This document shows positions 44,100-52,162 of a stretch of 64,000 nucleotides of DNA, in pieces; position 1 is the stretch's first letter, and every line of letters begins with the position of its first letter. A program made the position numbers and the translations under genes. The DNA comes from a virus, in the IMG/VR virus record IMGVR_UViG_3300036781_000420, positions 1 to 64,000 of that record, one strand, 5' to 3'. Under the pieces are notes generated by a model. The model worked only from the letters and a program-made list of their open reading frames with translations, had not been told where the DNA came from and did no database searches.

Positions 44100-44128
44100 A
44101 ACATAATGCGCGTTGCTGCGAAGTGCAA
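44100..44128 (-). promoter_or_regulatory. candidate sigma70-type promoter for the leftward operon
   Basis: The minus strand reads TTGCAC-17 nt-TATGTT, about 45 nt upstream of ATG 44054. Confidence 0.4.
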
Positions 44129-44215
44129 TAGAAAAAATTGGGCCACACTATCTTGCCAAATGCATGTCTAAGGCATACCTTCCCTCATCGAGTATGGATT
44201 CGAGGAGATAAAAGG

Positions 44216-44401
44216 ATGGCAGGAAAAGGCAAGCCAGGGCCAAACAAGAGCGCGGCAAAGATGACGATGGTCGGCGTCTATTTCCCTCCCGATGAGCGGG
44301 AAAAGATAAAATCGATTGCCGACAAGGAAGCGCGGTCTGAGTCGAACACGGTTCTTGTGCTGACCCGCGAGGCGCTGGCCGCTCGGGATGGCACGCGATG
44401 A
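44216..44401 (+). CDS. ribbon-helix-helix (CopG/Arc-type) regulator
   Basis: ATG 44216 follows AGGAGATAAAAGG. KMTMVGVYFPPDEREKIKSIADKEARSESNTVLVLTREAL has the strand-helix-helix pattern. It is divergent from the leftward operon. Confidence 0.6.
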   Translation: MAGKGKPGPNKSAAKMTMVGVYFPPDEREKIKSIADKEARSESNTVLVLTREALAARDGTR

Positions 44402-44592
44402 TCGCCGAAATCAAGCCGACGATGTGTCCGCTGTCGTTTTCTCAGCCCGGCGCCCCGCTTCCCTGCATTGGCGGCGAATGCATGCTGTGGAGGGAGGTGC
44501 CTCGCAGCTCTGGTCACGCGGTGCTCCAGCTTAAAGCCGAACGCACTGCTGGATTTTGCGGGCTAGGAGGACGAGATGGCGCCGATTCTTGA
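44398..44592 (+). CDS. small Cys-containing hypothetical protein
   Basis: 64 aa, ATGA-coupled. Confidence 0.45.
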   Translation: MIAEIKPTMCPLSFSQPGAPLPCIGGECMLWREVPRSSGHAVLQLKAERTAGFCGLGGRDGADS

Positions 44593-45118
44593 AGAACCGA
44601 TCAATCTCAAGGCGGACATGATCGAAGCATCGACGGTGATCGAGTCCCCGCGTTTAGCCTCGGCCGTTCTGCACGGCATCACCATCATCGACCTGCAAGC
44701 CCGCAGCCTCGAAGCCCAGTGCCGGGCTCTCGCCGCCAAGGATGCACGCATTGCCGACCAAGATGGATTGATCGTGAGGATGCAGGAGGAACTGCGAAAG
44801 CAGCGCGAAACCAGCGCCATGACGGAACCGAAGCCGTCCAGCAAGAACGTCATCCCCGCCGGCACGACGCTGACCATTACGACCGGAGCCTACAGCGACT
44901 ACCGTGATTACGGGCCGTTTCTTGTGATCAAGGAGATCGACAAGGCCACCGTCGCAAATGAGTTCACGGGGCAATGGAAGCTAATCCATGATGGCGACAG
45001 GCCGGACGGCTTGGACTTCATCGCGTGGTTGTCGCAGTACGGCTATATCGAAGATGTGGCCGGTAGCCAAACGTGGCATGCAGGAGACTACGATTTTGAG
45101 CCGGAGTTCGAGCTATGA
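44576..45118 (+). CDS. hypothetical protein
   Basis: RBS is TAGGAGGA. 180 aa. Confidence 0.6.
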   Translation: MAPILEEPINLKADMIEASTVIESPRLASAVLHGITIIDLQARSLEAQCRALAAKDARIADQDGLIVRMQEELRKQRETSAMTEPKPSSKNVIPAGTTLTITTGAYSDYRDYGPFLVIKEIDKATVANEFTGQWKLIHDGDRPDGLDFIAWLSQYGYIEDVAGSQTWHAGDYDFEPEFEL

Positions 45119-45255
45119 GCCGCTCCACTCGAACCGGGCCGGAGGCTGGGGCCCAGTTTCGTGCCGCCCCCTCGATCCGCAGCAACGTCCGCTCCAGTTC
45201 TCACATTTCAGGGCAGCAAGAGTCTATTTCGGTAAAATCAAGGATCACCCCAAAA

Positions 45256-45870
45256 ATGGCTGACACGGCGGAAAAATGGCTTCGGGACGATGCCGGCAAC
45301 AGGGCAAGCGTCGTCTATTTCGGCAGTGAGGAGGTGGCGCGCGAGGCGCTGCAATCTCTCAAGGGCTGCCGCAATTGCGTCAATTGCTCGAACTGCTGGC
45401 GCTGCTCGTACTGCTCGAACTGCTGGCGCTGCTCGGGTTGCTGGGACTGCGCGGACTGCTCGGACTGCTCGGGCTGCCGGAACTGCCAGCTTTGCTCGTA
45501 CCGCTCGGACTGCTGGGGCAGGCATGGAGAAACCGGCCATTTCGAGCGGCCTGCAACCCCCAAAATCGAGCACATCCACGCGCGCGTCCTGGAAGCAGCG
45601 TCGCGGCCGGGTGCGCTCGATATGACCGACTGGCACCCCTGCGAGACGACCCATTGCCGCGCTGGCTGGGTGGTGCATCTGGCTGGAGAGCCGGGATACG
45701 CGCTGGAGCGGTTCTGCGGCCCAGTGCTCGCCGCGCAGCTGATCTACCGCGAGAGTAGCCCGAAGCTCACCGTCAGCCCGGCCCGGTTCTACGAAACGAA
45801 CGACGAGGCAATGGCGGACATGCATCGCATGGCTGAACTGGAAGCGGCGGAGGAGAGGTCATGGGCGTGA
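45256..45870 (+). CDS. Cys-triplet-repeat protein with a conserved-looking C-domain
   Basis: ATG 45256 is preferred because 45115-45255 looks non-coding and AT-richer. An ATGA-coupled ATG at 45115 is an alternative. The protein has 15 consecutive C-x-x triplets, then DWHPCETTHCRAGWVVHLAG. Confidence 0.6.
   Translation: MADTAEKWLRDDAGNRASVVYFGSEEVAREALQSLKGCRNCVNCSNCWRCSYCSNCWRCSGCWDCADCSDCSGCRNCQLCSYRSDCWGRHGETGHFERPATPKIEHIHARVLEAASRPGALDMTDWHPCETTHCRAGWVVHLAGEPGYALERFCGPVLAAQLIYRESSPKLTVSPARFYETNDEAMADMHRMAELEAAEERSWA
45367..45513 (+). repeat. period-9/18-nt coding repeat (TGC-NNN-NNN)n
   Basis: CRNCVNCSNCWRCSYCSNCWRCSGCWDCADCSDCSGCRNCQLCSYRSDC. Confidence 0.85.
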
Positions 45871-46751
45871 ACAGCACTGTGAGCGACGAAGAAGTAGAGG
45901 CAGCGTGCATGGCCAATTTGAGCCCGCTGGCAGAGCCGTCGGGCACCGAGCGTCGACACATGCGCGTTGCCCTTGAAGCCGCTGCCAAGGTGAGGCCCGC
46001 TGCCCTCGATCCGCAGGGCCCCCCGCTCACCATCATCTACACGAACTGGCGCGGCGAGACTGCCGAGCGCAGCATCGTGCCGATCCGCCCGTGGTTCGGC
46101 TCAACCGAGTGGCATCCTGAGCCGCAATGGCTGCTGACCGCGTTCGATGTCGAAAAGCAGGCGGCGCGCGACTTCGCTTGGGCCGGCATCGATCCTCAGG
46201 GCAAGCGCCGCGTCGCCATCTGGATTGCCGGCCGCCCTCCTCTTAGCGTCATGCAAGAGGCAGTGGAGGCGGGACCGGAACGGCAAGCCCTGATCGGGAG
46301 GCTGACCAAAAGCGCAGCCCTGCTCCGGAAGCACGCTCGCAAACTGCAAGTGGGGCCCGGCGACAATGACTATGAGGACGCTGCAGGACGCATTGATGAC
46401 GCCATTGCTGCCCTCTCCTCCCCGCCATCCCAGCCCTCCTTCGTAGCGGGAGAGGGGTGGCAGCCGATCGGAACCGCGCCGAGGGATGGGACTTGGATTT
46501 GGGTATGGTGCAATCCAGCAGCGGACCCCGAGCACTGGGCCAACCCGCTTTTCGTCCGCTGGCATACCTTCGGCGATGGTGACGCCGCGTGGGTATGGCC
46601 TGACGATGTTTATGAGGTCTACAGCGAGCGCGGTCGCGAAATGGCTGACGAGGCGATTGCCCGAGGCGTTTGCGGAGAGGACACCAAGAGTTTCACCTAC
46701 TGGCGGCCCCTTCCCACCCCTCCGGTCCCCGAGCAGGGAGGAGAAGGCTGA
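45861..46751 (+). CDS. hypothetical protein, C-terminal DUF551-like motif (tentative)
   Basis: RBS is GGAGGAGAGG. The C-terminal part is GWQPIGTAPRDGTWIWVW. Confidence 0.55.
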   Translation: MGVNSTVSDEEVEAACMANLSPLAEPSGTERRHMRVALEAAAKVRPAALDPQGPPLTIIYTNWRGETAERSIVPIRPWFGSTEWHPEPQWLLTAFDVEKQAARDFAWAGIDPQGKRRVAIWIAGRPPLSVMQEAVEAGPERQALIGRLTKSAALLRKHARKLQVGPGDNDYEDAAGRIDDAIAALSSPPSQPSFVAGEGWQPIGTAPRDGTWIWVWCNPAADPEHWANPLFVRWHTFGDGDAAWVWPDDVYEVYSERGREMADEAIARGVCGEDTKSFTYWRPLPTPPVPEQGGEG

Positions 46752-47092
46752 TGGGCGCTAAACGCGAAGCGTGGAGTCCGGCCTCCGCCTATACCGGACC
46801 CGTCCCCTTCAAGGTCGTGTCTGACAACGAACGCAAACGCTGGATCATTGCCGACGACCCCAGCGATGACGGCGTTGAGGCCGGCCGCGTTGACGTTCGC
46901 ATTGTCGAAGTCATCGACACTCAATCGGCTGGCCGGATCGTGGTCTATTTCCGCGATTTTGTCGCACCAGACGGCGAAGTTGTCAGTTCAAAGCGTCGGC
47001 GCGTCGGCTCGCTTTCGAGCCTCCGTGCCTACATCAGCAAGCGCGGCCTTCGGCCATGCGACCCGCCTACTCCGGAGCTCTCCCATGACTAA
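46751..47092 (+). CDS. hypothetical protein
   Basis: ATG 46751 overlaps the previous TGA and lies within listed ORF 46670..47092. Confidence 0.5.
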   Translation: MGAKREAWSPASAYTGPVPFKVVSDNERKRWIIADDPSDDGVEAGRVDVRIVEVIDTQSAGRIVVYFRDFVAPDGEVVSSKRRRVGSLSSLRAYISKRGLRPCDPPTPELSHD

Positions 47093-47912
47093 TCCGAACA
47101 CCGCCCCGCTGAGCGAGGCAAAGCCAGATTTCAGCCCAGAGAGCGAGGCCGCGTACCTTGCGTCAATCTGGAAGCTCTCGACGCCGCAGTACCAGCGTCT
47201 AGTCGAGACCCTTACCCGCGCCATGGGCCGCTCTCGCCCGCAAGACGATACGAGCAAGCGGGAGGGAGAAGAGCGCGAGACCGCCATCGACATTCTGGAA
47301 TCAATGCGAAAGGTCGCAGCGCAGACCGCTGCGGCGACCAATGAACCATTTAAGCGGTTGTACCAGGATCAAGAACGCGCACTGAGCGTCGCAATCGTCG
47401 CCCTGGACGGCGCGATTGCCCTGGAAAAGGCTGAACGCCGCGCCCTCTTAGCTCCAGACAAGAGCCTGCTGAATGCGGCGCGACACGGCATCTACATCGC
47501 GTCCACTATGACGCATGCCTATCGTTGGCAGTTGCTGCGCGACAAGGTGGGCTACCCGATCATCTCGACGTGGATTGACGAGGCCGGCATCGGCGAGAGC
47601 GAAGACCTGAGCGACTTGTGGCGGCGCTGCATCGCCGAGGCGTCGAGTGCAGAGGTGTTGATCCTGAACCGCGGGCCGGGCGAAGTCCTCAAGGGCGGCT
47701 GGGTCGAGCTTGGGGCTGCATTGGCGGCCGGCGTGCCGGTCTTCGCCGTGGGTATCGAAGAGTTCACGGTCGCCAAGGACAAGCGCATTCGCCACTTCGC
47801 TTCGATGGCCGACGCCATGGCTGCGCTCAAGCCGATGATCAACGGCCAACGTTTTGCCGACATCGACTCCGTCGACGTTGCTCGCGCTCTCGCATCACGG
47901 GAGGGGAAGTAG
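47085..47912 (+). CDS. protein with a C-terminal nucleoside 2-deoxyribosyltransferase-like (DUF4406-type) domain (tentative)
   Basis: ATG 47085 lies within listed ORF 46848..47912. GIYIAS...ISTWIDE...AEVLILNRGPGEVLKGGWVELGAALAAGVPVFAV fits IY.AGP...(D)..v....g..s.G...E.G.A...GkPV. Confidence 0.45.
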   Translation: MTNPNTAPLSEAKPDFSPESEAAYLASIWKLSTPQYQRLVETLTRAMGRSRPQDDTSKREGEERETAIDILESMRKVAAQTAAATNEPFKRLYQDQERALSVAIVALDGAIALEKAERRALLAPDKSLLNAARHGIYIASTMTHAYRWQLLRDKVGYPIISTWIDEAGIGESEDLSDLWRRCIAEASSAEVLILNRGPGEVLKGGWVELGAALAAGVPVFAVGIEEFTVAKDKRIRHFASMADAMAALKPMINGQRFADIDSVDVARALASREGK

Positions 47913-48113
47913 ATGGGCGCCTTGACCGTCCGAGCGTTGATCAACAAGCTCAAGAAGATGCCGCCCACTGCATTGGTCGCCGTCCAAGCCCACGACCAAT
48001 CGGAATGGGCGATGGATGGCTATATCTGGGGCGTCGAAGAGGGCAGCGACGAGTTGCATGCTGCTCAGCGGCGCGAGGGCAGGACCGGCCAAATCGTGGT
48101 GCTGCAATGCTGA
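47913..48113 (+). CDS. hypothetical small protein
   Basis: 66-aa ORF starting directly after the previous stop. Confidence 0.5.
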   Translation: MGALTVRALINKLKKMPPTALVAVQAHDQSEWAMDGYIWGVEEGSDELHAAQRREGRTGQIVVLQC

Positions 48114-48628
48114 CCCCTGATCCCGATAAGGACTATGCGGGGCTGGTGGAGAGGCTGAAGCACGTCAACGCGCGGCGATGCCCGTTCGATGATCCTGCGT
48201 TCCGCATGGACCCACTCAAACCGTGCCCCGTCTGCGGAGACGTGGGGGGCGGCCCTGGTGTGGACGAGCCGAGCAAGTGCGTCAGCAACAACTACGCTGT
48301 CCTCCATACCGAAGCTGCCACCGCCATCTCCGACCTAACCGCCCGGCTCGCGGAGGCGGAGTGGCTGGCCTACGACATCGGCCACGACGGCAGGCGCGTC
48401 CTCTGGAGCGACCGGTGGTCGGACATCCTCGGCGAGTACAAGCACGAGCTGGCCCGCGCCAACGCTGCCGAAGCCGCCCTCGCCACGGTCACAGCGGAGA
48501 GGGACGCGATGCGGGAGGCGTTGAGCGAATTGGCCGATCTGGTCGACGCTTCGCTGATCGGTGAGTACGATATCGACAGTTTCACCGCACAGCCGGCTCG
48601 CCGCGCCCTTTCCGAGGTGAAGCAATGA
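48107..48628 (+). CDS. hypothetical protein with coiled-coil C-terminus
   Basis: ATG 48107 lies within listed ORF 47618..48628 and overlaps the previous stop region. Confidence 0.5.
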   Translation: MLTPDPDKDYAGLVERLKHVNARRCPFDDPAFRMDPLKPCPVCGDVGGGPGVDEPSKCVSNNYAVLHTEAATAISDLTARLAEAEWLAYDIGHDGRRVLWSDRWSDILGEYKHELARANAAEAALATVTAERDAMREALSELADLVDASLIGEYDIDSFTAQPARRALSEVKQ

Positions 48629-48870
48629 CACAGAAACTGACGAAGCTGACGAGTGCGCAACAACGTACGCTGTCCGCGCTCCACGCCGCTGGGATTTGGC
48701 GCTCCAGCTATCCTGGCCTGAACCTTAGGACGCTGGGCGCGCTGCGGGGCAAGGGCCTGGCAGAATCGCGGGCCGGCGTCGGGTCGATAGCGTTTCCAAC
48801 TACCGCTATCAAGTGGCGCATCACCGACGCCGGCCGTGCTGCTCTTACCGATGGAGGCCGGGATGAATGA
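48625..48870 (+). CDS. hypothetical small protein (possibly winged-helix)
   Basis: 81 aa, ATGA-coupled. Confidence 0.5.
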   Translation: MTQKLTKLTSAQQRTLSALHAAGIWRSSYPGLNLRTLGALRGKGLAESRAGVGSIAFPTTAIKWRITDAGRAALTDGGRDE

Positions 48871-49096
48871 CCGCATGATCCGCATCCGCATCATGTTGCT
48901 CGTGGGCAGCAATGGCAAAGCCGCGGCTTGCGTCGAGAATGAACTGGACTGGGGCGACTTGGCCGCCAACATCACGGATTACGAGGGCGCGCAGGCGAAA
49001 GACCCGACGGCAACGTCGAGACGCATCATCACCGTCTCGGTTCCCGAGCCCGTCATCGCCGAAATCACGGGTGAGGTTTCCAATGTCCAGCCCTGA
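48863..49096 (+). CDS. hypothetical small protein
   Basis: ATG 48863 follows GGAGG and lies within listed ORF 48836..49096. Confidence 0.5.
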   Translation: MNDRMIRIRIMLLVGSNGKAAACVENELDWGDLAANITDYEGAQAKDPTATSRRIITVSVPEPVIAEITGEVSNVQP

Positions 49097-49430
49097 TACC
49101 CAAGCACTGGAAGCGCTGCTGGCGCGAGTGGAAGCGGCGACGCGACCGGATCGCGAGATCGACGGCGAAATTGCCCAACTCTGCGGTTGGCTCAAGACAC
49201 CGCTGGACTGGACTGACAACTTCGGCACGAAACGGAATCTGCCGCCGCCCTACACGTCCAGCCTCGACGCCATCGCGGCATTGGCCGAGACGGAACTGCC
49301 CGTGTGGTGGTGGGGAGGCATGCGCAGCACTGTGTCTGCGTTAGGCGAGGCAAATCTGCCGGGGAACGCCTTGCCTCGTTACGTCGTTGCCGCTTTCCTT
49401 CGCGCCATGATCGCCGAGAGGCCGGAATGA
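49083..49430 (+). CDS. hypothetical protein
   Basis: ATG 49083 lies within listed ORF 48912..49430. Confidence 0.5.
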   Translation: MSSPDTQALEALLARVEAATRPDREIDGEIAQLCGWLKTPLDWTDNFGTKRNLPPPYTSSLDAIAALAETELPVWWWGGMRSTVSALGEANLPGNALPRYVVAAFLRAMIAERPE

Positions 49431-50128
49431 CAGCCTTTGTGACCGGAAACAAGACATCCAGCGATGCGGCGAAGGGGCCGGAACTCTATATTTCCGATTA
49501 CGCCGTATTGCCTCCTCTGCTGGCGCAGGAAGGGCGCCGGCTGCCGAGGGTGCTGTGGGAGCCCAGTTGTGGCAACGGCGCCCTGGTGCTGCCTCTGCGC
49601 CGCCTGCGCTACGAAGTGACGGCGACCGACCTGCACGACTGGGGCTGCCCGGACAGTAGCGGCGATGTGGACTTCTTCAGCGACATCGCCTCCCGCTACT
49701 TGCCTGTTACCAATATCGGTACGCGCATCGGCATCGTCAGCAATCCGCCTTTTGGTCCAGTCGAGGAATATATCGAGCGAGCCACCCGGATGGCGCCTTA
49801 TACCGCGCTGCTGCTGCGGTTCTCTTTCCTCGAAAGCGGTGGCCGTTTCCGCTGGTGGAACAGCGTCGGATTGCAGCGCGTGCACCTGATAATCGACCGG
49901 GTACCGATGATGCATCGCCATGGATGGCAGGGGCCGAGATTAGAACAATCCGGCTTGGCTTTCGCGTGGTTCATCTTCGAAACCGGGAAGCGCCCGCGAA
50001 AATCGTTTCCGGTCCACATGGTGATCTGGAAAGAGGCGGCGCGGCTTTATCCGGAAATGCCCGGGGACCGGCCGGCGGCGGCAAAATCTCAAATTGGATT
50101 ATTCGACTCGGAGGAGACTGGGAGATGA
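49427..50128 (+). CDS. DNA methyltransferase (N6-adenine/N4-cytosine amino-MTase type)
   Basis: ATGA-coupled ATG 49427. Motif I is LWEPSCGNGALV (~49566) and motif IV is VSNPPFG (~49738). Target specificity is unknown. Confidence 0.75.
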   Translation: MTAFVTGNKTSSDAAKGPELYISDYAVLPPLLAQEGRRLPRVLWEPSCGNGALVLPLRRLRYEVTATDLHDWGCPDSSGDVDFFSDIASRYLPVTNIGTRIGIVSNPPFGPVEEYIERATRMAPYTALLLRFSFLESGGRFRWWNSVGLQRVHLIIDRVPMMHRHGWQGPRLEQSGLAFAWFIFETGKRPRKSFPVHMVIWKEAARLYPEMPGDRPAAAKSQIGLFDSEETGR

Positions 50129-50523
50129 AGAAACTGGATATCGACGCCACGCTTGTGCGGATGCGGGAATCCCTTGTGATGCTCGCGAAACATGGCAATG
50201 ACGTTGACGGCCTCGCGTTGAACGCGAGTGGCATCGAAGCGCAAATCGCCCTGATGCACTGGGCGTTATCCACGATGGTCGAAGGCGGCGATCTCGCCGA
50301 TATCACCGATATTCTGCTGGCGGCGGTGGCGATCTGCGCCACCGCGGTCGCCAACATGGTGATGACGGTCGAATGCAATGACGCCTCGGAGACCATCGGT
50401 GCGCGACAATATTTGCTGGATTATTTCGTCGCCGCTCTCGGCAAAAAGCTGCACGAGATGGTGATGGATGGCGATGCGGATGTAGACATTGCCGCCGTGC
50501 GCATCGATGTCGGCGACGCCTGA
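50125..50523 (+). CDS. hypothetical helical protein
   Basis: ATGA-coupled ATG 50125 follows GGAGGAGACTGGGAG. Confidence 0.55.
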   Translation: MKKLDIDATLVRMRESLVMLAKHGNDVDGLALNASGIEAQIALMHWALSTMVEGGDLADITDILLAAVAICATAVANMVMTVECNDASETIGARQYLLDYFVAALGKKLHEMVMDGDADVDIAAVRIDVGDA

Positions 50524-50639
50524 TGTGGTGGTTGAGCTATGAAGGGCTGGCTCTCATTGCATGGGGAAGCGGCACTGCTGTTTTGCTGGCGGCATGGAAA
50601 TGGCTGGACTGACCGGCCGACGGGAACGGGGGGAGATTT

Positions 50640-50894
50640 ATGGCCCAAAAAACGCGATCTTACTGCGAGAACTGCTGGGCGCCGCTTGAGACTGCCGGGG
50701 CGAACGTCTGCTGTCCGACCTGCATGGTGCAGTTGACGAAGCTGAGGCACACCACGCGGCTGTCGATCCGGGGCAATGAATTCCAGATGATCGGCGGCAA
50801 CGACACCATCACGGTGCCGCTGGCGCAACCGGTGCCGGCGAGCCCCTCCCTGCCTTGGTGGGCGCGACTCGCGTACCGGATGAGACTGTGGTGA
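50640..50894 (+). CDS. Zn-ribbon hypothetical protein
   Basis: RBS is GGGGGGAGA. It has CENCWAPL...CCPTC. Confidence 0.55.
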   Translation: MAQKTRSYCENCWAPLETAGANVCCPTCMVQLTKLRHTTRLSIRGNEFQMIGGNDTITVPLAQPVPASPSLPWWARLAYRMRLW

Positions 50895-50918
50895 GGCGTG
50901 AACAAAAATAGCTGGCAT
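50888..50918. promoter_or_regulatory. 7-bp inverted repeat in an intergenic gap
   Basis: GTGAACA-N17-TGTTCAC, followed by the related words CATGAAAAACAG and CATGAACAACATG. Confidence 0.25.
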
Positions 50919-50962
50919 TTCTGTTCACGCTCCAGCATTGTTGTGCATGAAAAACAGGGGGC

Positions 50963-51337
50963 ATGAACAACATGACAAAAGGCGCGACGACGCCGCCGAC
51001 GTGCGGGCTCTGCGGGGCCGCACACTGGCTCCGAGAGCCGCACCAATTTTCGGGCAGAACGTCGCCCCCCGAGTTGCAGACACCCCGACCCAACAGCCAG
51101 CATGAGCGACAGATGATCGATGTGACGCCGACGCCGCCCGAGGACAAAACCAGCCGCAAGGCAAAGCCGAGGCCCAGCAAGAATGCGGGCGCCCCTCGAC
51201 GCGCTGTCGCTGCTGCGGCTCTCGCCGAAGCCGAGAAGCCGAAGAAGGGGCGCCCGAAAGCAACGACCGACCGTGCCGCCTACCGGGCGGAATGGGCGCG
51301 CAAAAAGCGAATCGCCGACAAGGCGAATAAAACCTGA
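50963..51337 (+). CDS. basic hypothetical protein
   Basis: RBS is CAGGGGG. 124 aa, K/R/P-rich, with N-terminal CGLCG. Confidence 0.55.
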   Translation: MNNMTKGATTPPTCGLCGAAHWLREPHQFSGRTSPPELQTPRPNSQHERQMIDVTPTPPEDKTSRKAKPRPSKNAGAPRRAVAAAALAEAEKPKKGRPKATTDRAAYRAEWARKKRIADKANKT

Positions 51338-51376
51338 TATTGCACTTTGCGGGCCCAGCGGGTCGGGGAGGGGTAA

Positions 51377-52162
51377 ATGAGTAGTCATTTTCCAGTGCGG
51401 GAGTTGTCTGGCGTGGCGCTGCCAAGATTTATGCGTCGCGGTCTTCTCCTGATGCTCAAAGCCTATAACGGCTCAGGCACGCATGGCGGCAGAGGCGTTG
51501 TCGTTATGGGCGGCCTGGTGGGCGCTGTGGACCAGTGGGAAGCCTTTGAGGTGGAATGGGCCGCGCTACTCGCCGATCCATTGCCAAAGGCACATAAGCC
51601 GCCGCTTCGGATGTTCCATCTCTCGCATTGCCGCAACCATTGGGGCGAGTTTGCCGATTACAGCGATGCCGAAAGTGATGCGGTAACCCATGACTTTCGG
51701 CGGCTCGTGATGGATGCTGGGCTATTCAGCTTCGCGGCTGCAATCGAGCGTGAGCCGTGGCGCGAACTGGCGGCGACAAAGTTTGGTTCCGATATAGGCG
51801 CCTGTGTTGGCCGGTGTATCGAGGCTGCGATAGGCTTCGCATCGGACCATCCGCTTGGCGATAGCGCGGGTCTTGTCTTCGACCGTGGCATGTGGACTCA
51901 AGAACTAGAGATTCGGACAACCCCATTCACCTATCCGCTGGTGCGTCCCCGGATTCGCAGCATCACGGCTTGCACCGTGGAGGACGTATTGCCCCTTCAA
52001 GCGGCAGATATCGTCGCGACCGAAAACTACTGGCACGCCCTAGAAGTGCTGAAGCTTGGGATCGACGCAGCACCACGAGCCCATATGCAGCACTACCTAG
52101 GCGAAATGCCGCATCTCGGCGTGATCCTAGATCGGCCAGCGATAGAAGCTCTCATTGGCTAG
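51377..52162 (+). CDS. DUF3800-family protein, copy 2 (diverged paralogue)
   Basis: RBS is GGGGAGGGG. It has LKAYNGSGTHGGRGVVVMGGLVGAVDQWEAFEVEW and C-terminal VLPLQAADIVATENYW (copy 1 has VPLQAADILAYEAY). Confidence 0.6.
   Translation: MSSHFPVRELSGVALPRFMRRGLLLMLKAYNGSGTHGGRGVVVMGGLVGAVDQWEAFEVEWAALLADPLPKAHKPPLRMFHLSHCRNHWGEFADYSDAESDAVTHDFRRLVMDAGLFSFAAAIEREPWRELAATKFGSDIGACVGRCIEAAIGFASDHPLGDSAGLVFDRGMWTQELEIRTTPFTYPLVRPRIRSITACTVEDVLPLQAADIVATENYWHALEVLKLGIDAAPRAHMQHYLGEMPHLGVILDRPAIEALIG

Noticed and set aside
45115-45255. ATGA-coupled upstream start for the Cys-triplet protein
   Set aside because: The first 47 codons are low-complexity S/R-rich and the DNA from 45180 to 45255 is AT-richer and looks intergenic. 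ATG 45256 is preferred but 45115 is not excluded.
50539-50736. 65-aa ORF upstream of and overlapping the Zn-ribbon gene
   Set aside because: It has a weak RBS and an Arg/Trp/Gly-rich translation. The overlapping 50640 ORF has a strong GGGGGGAGA RBS and CxxC pairs. It may still encode a short peptide up to ~50640, so this remains unresolved.
50899-50918. Sigma54-type promoter at TGGCATTTCTGTTCAC
   Set aside because: The GG element is present, but the GC element is not at the required 10-nt spacing (TTCA instead of TTGC).
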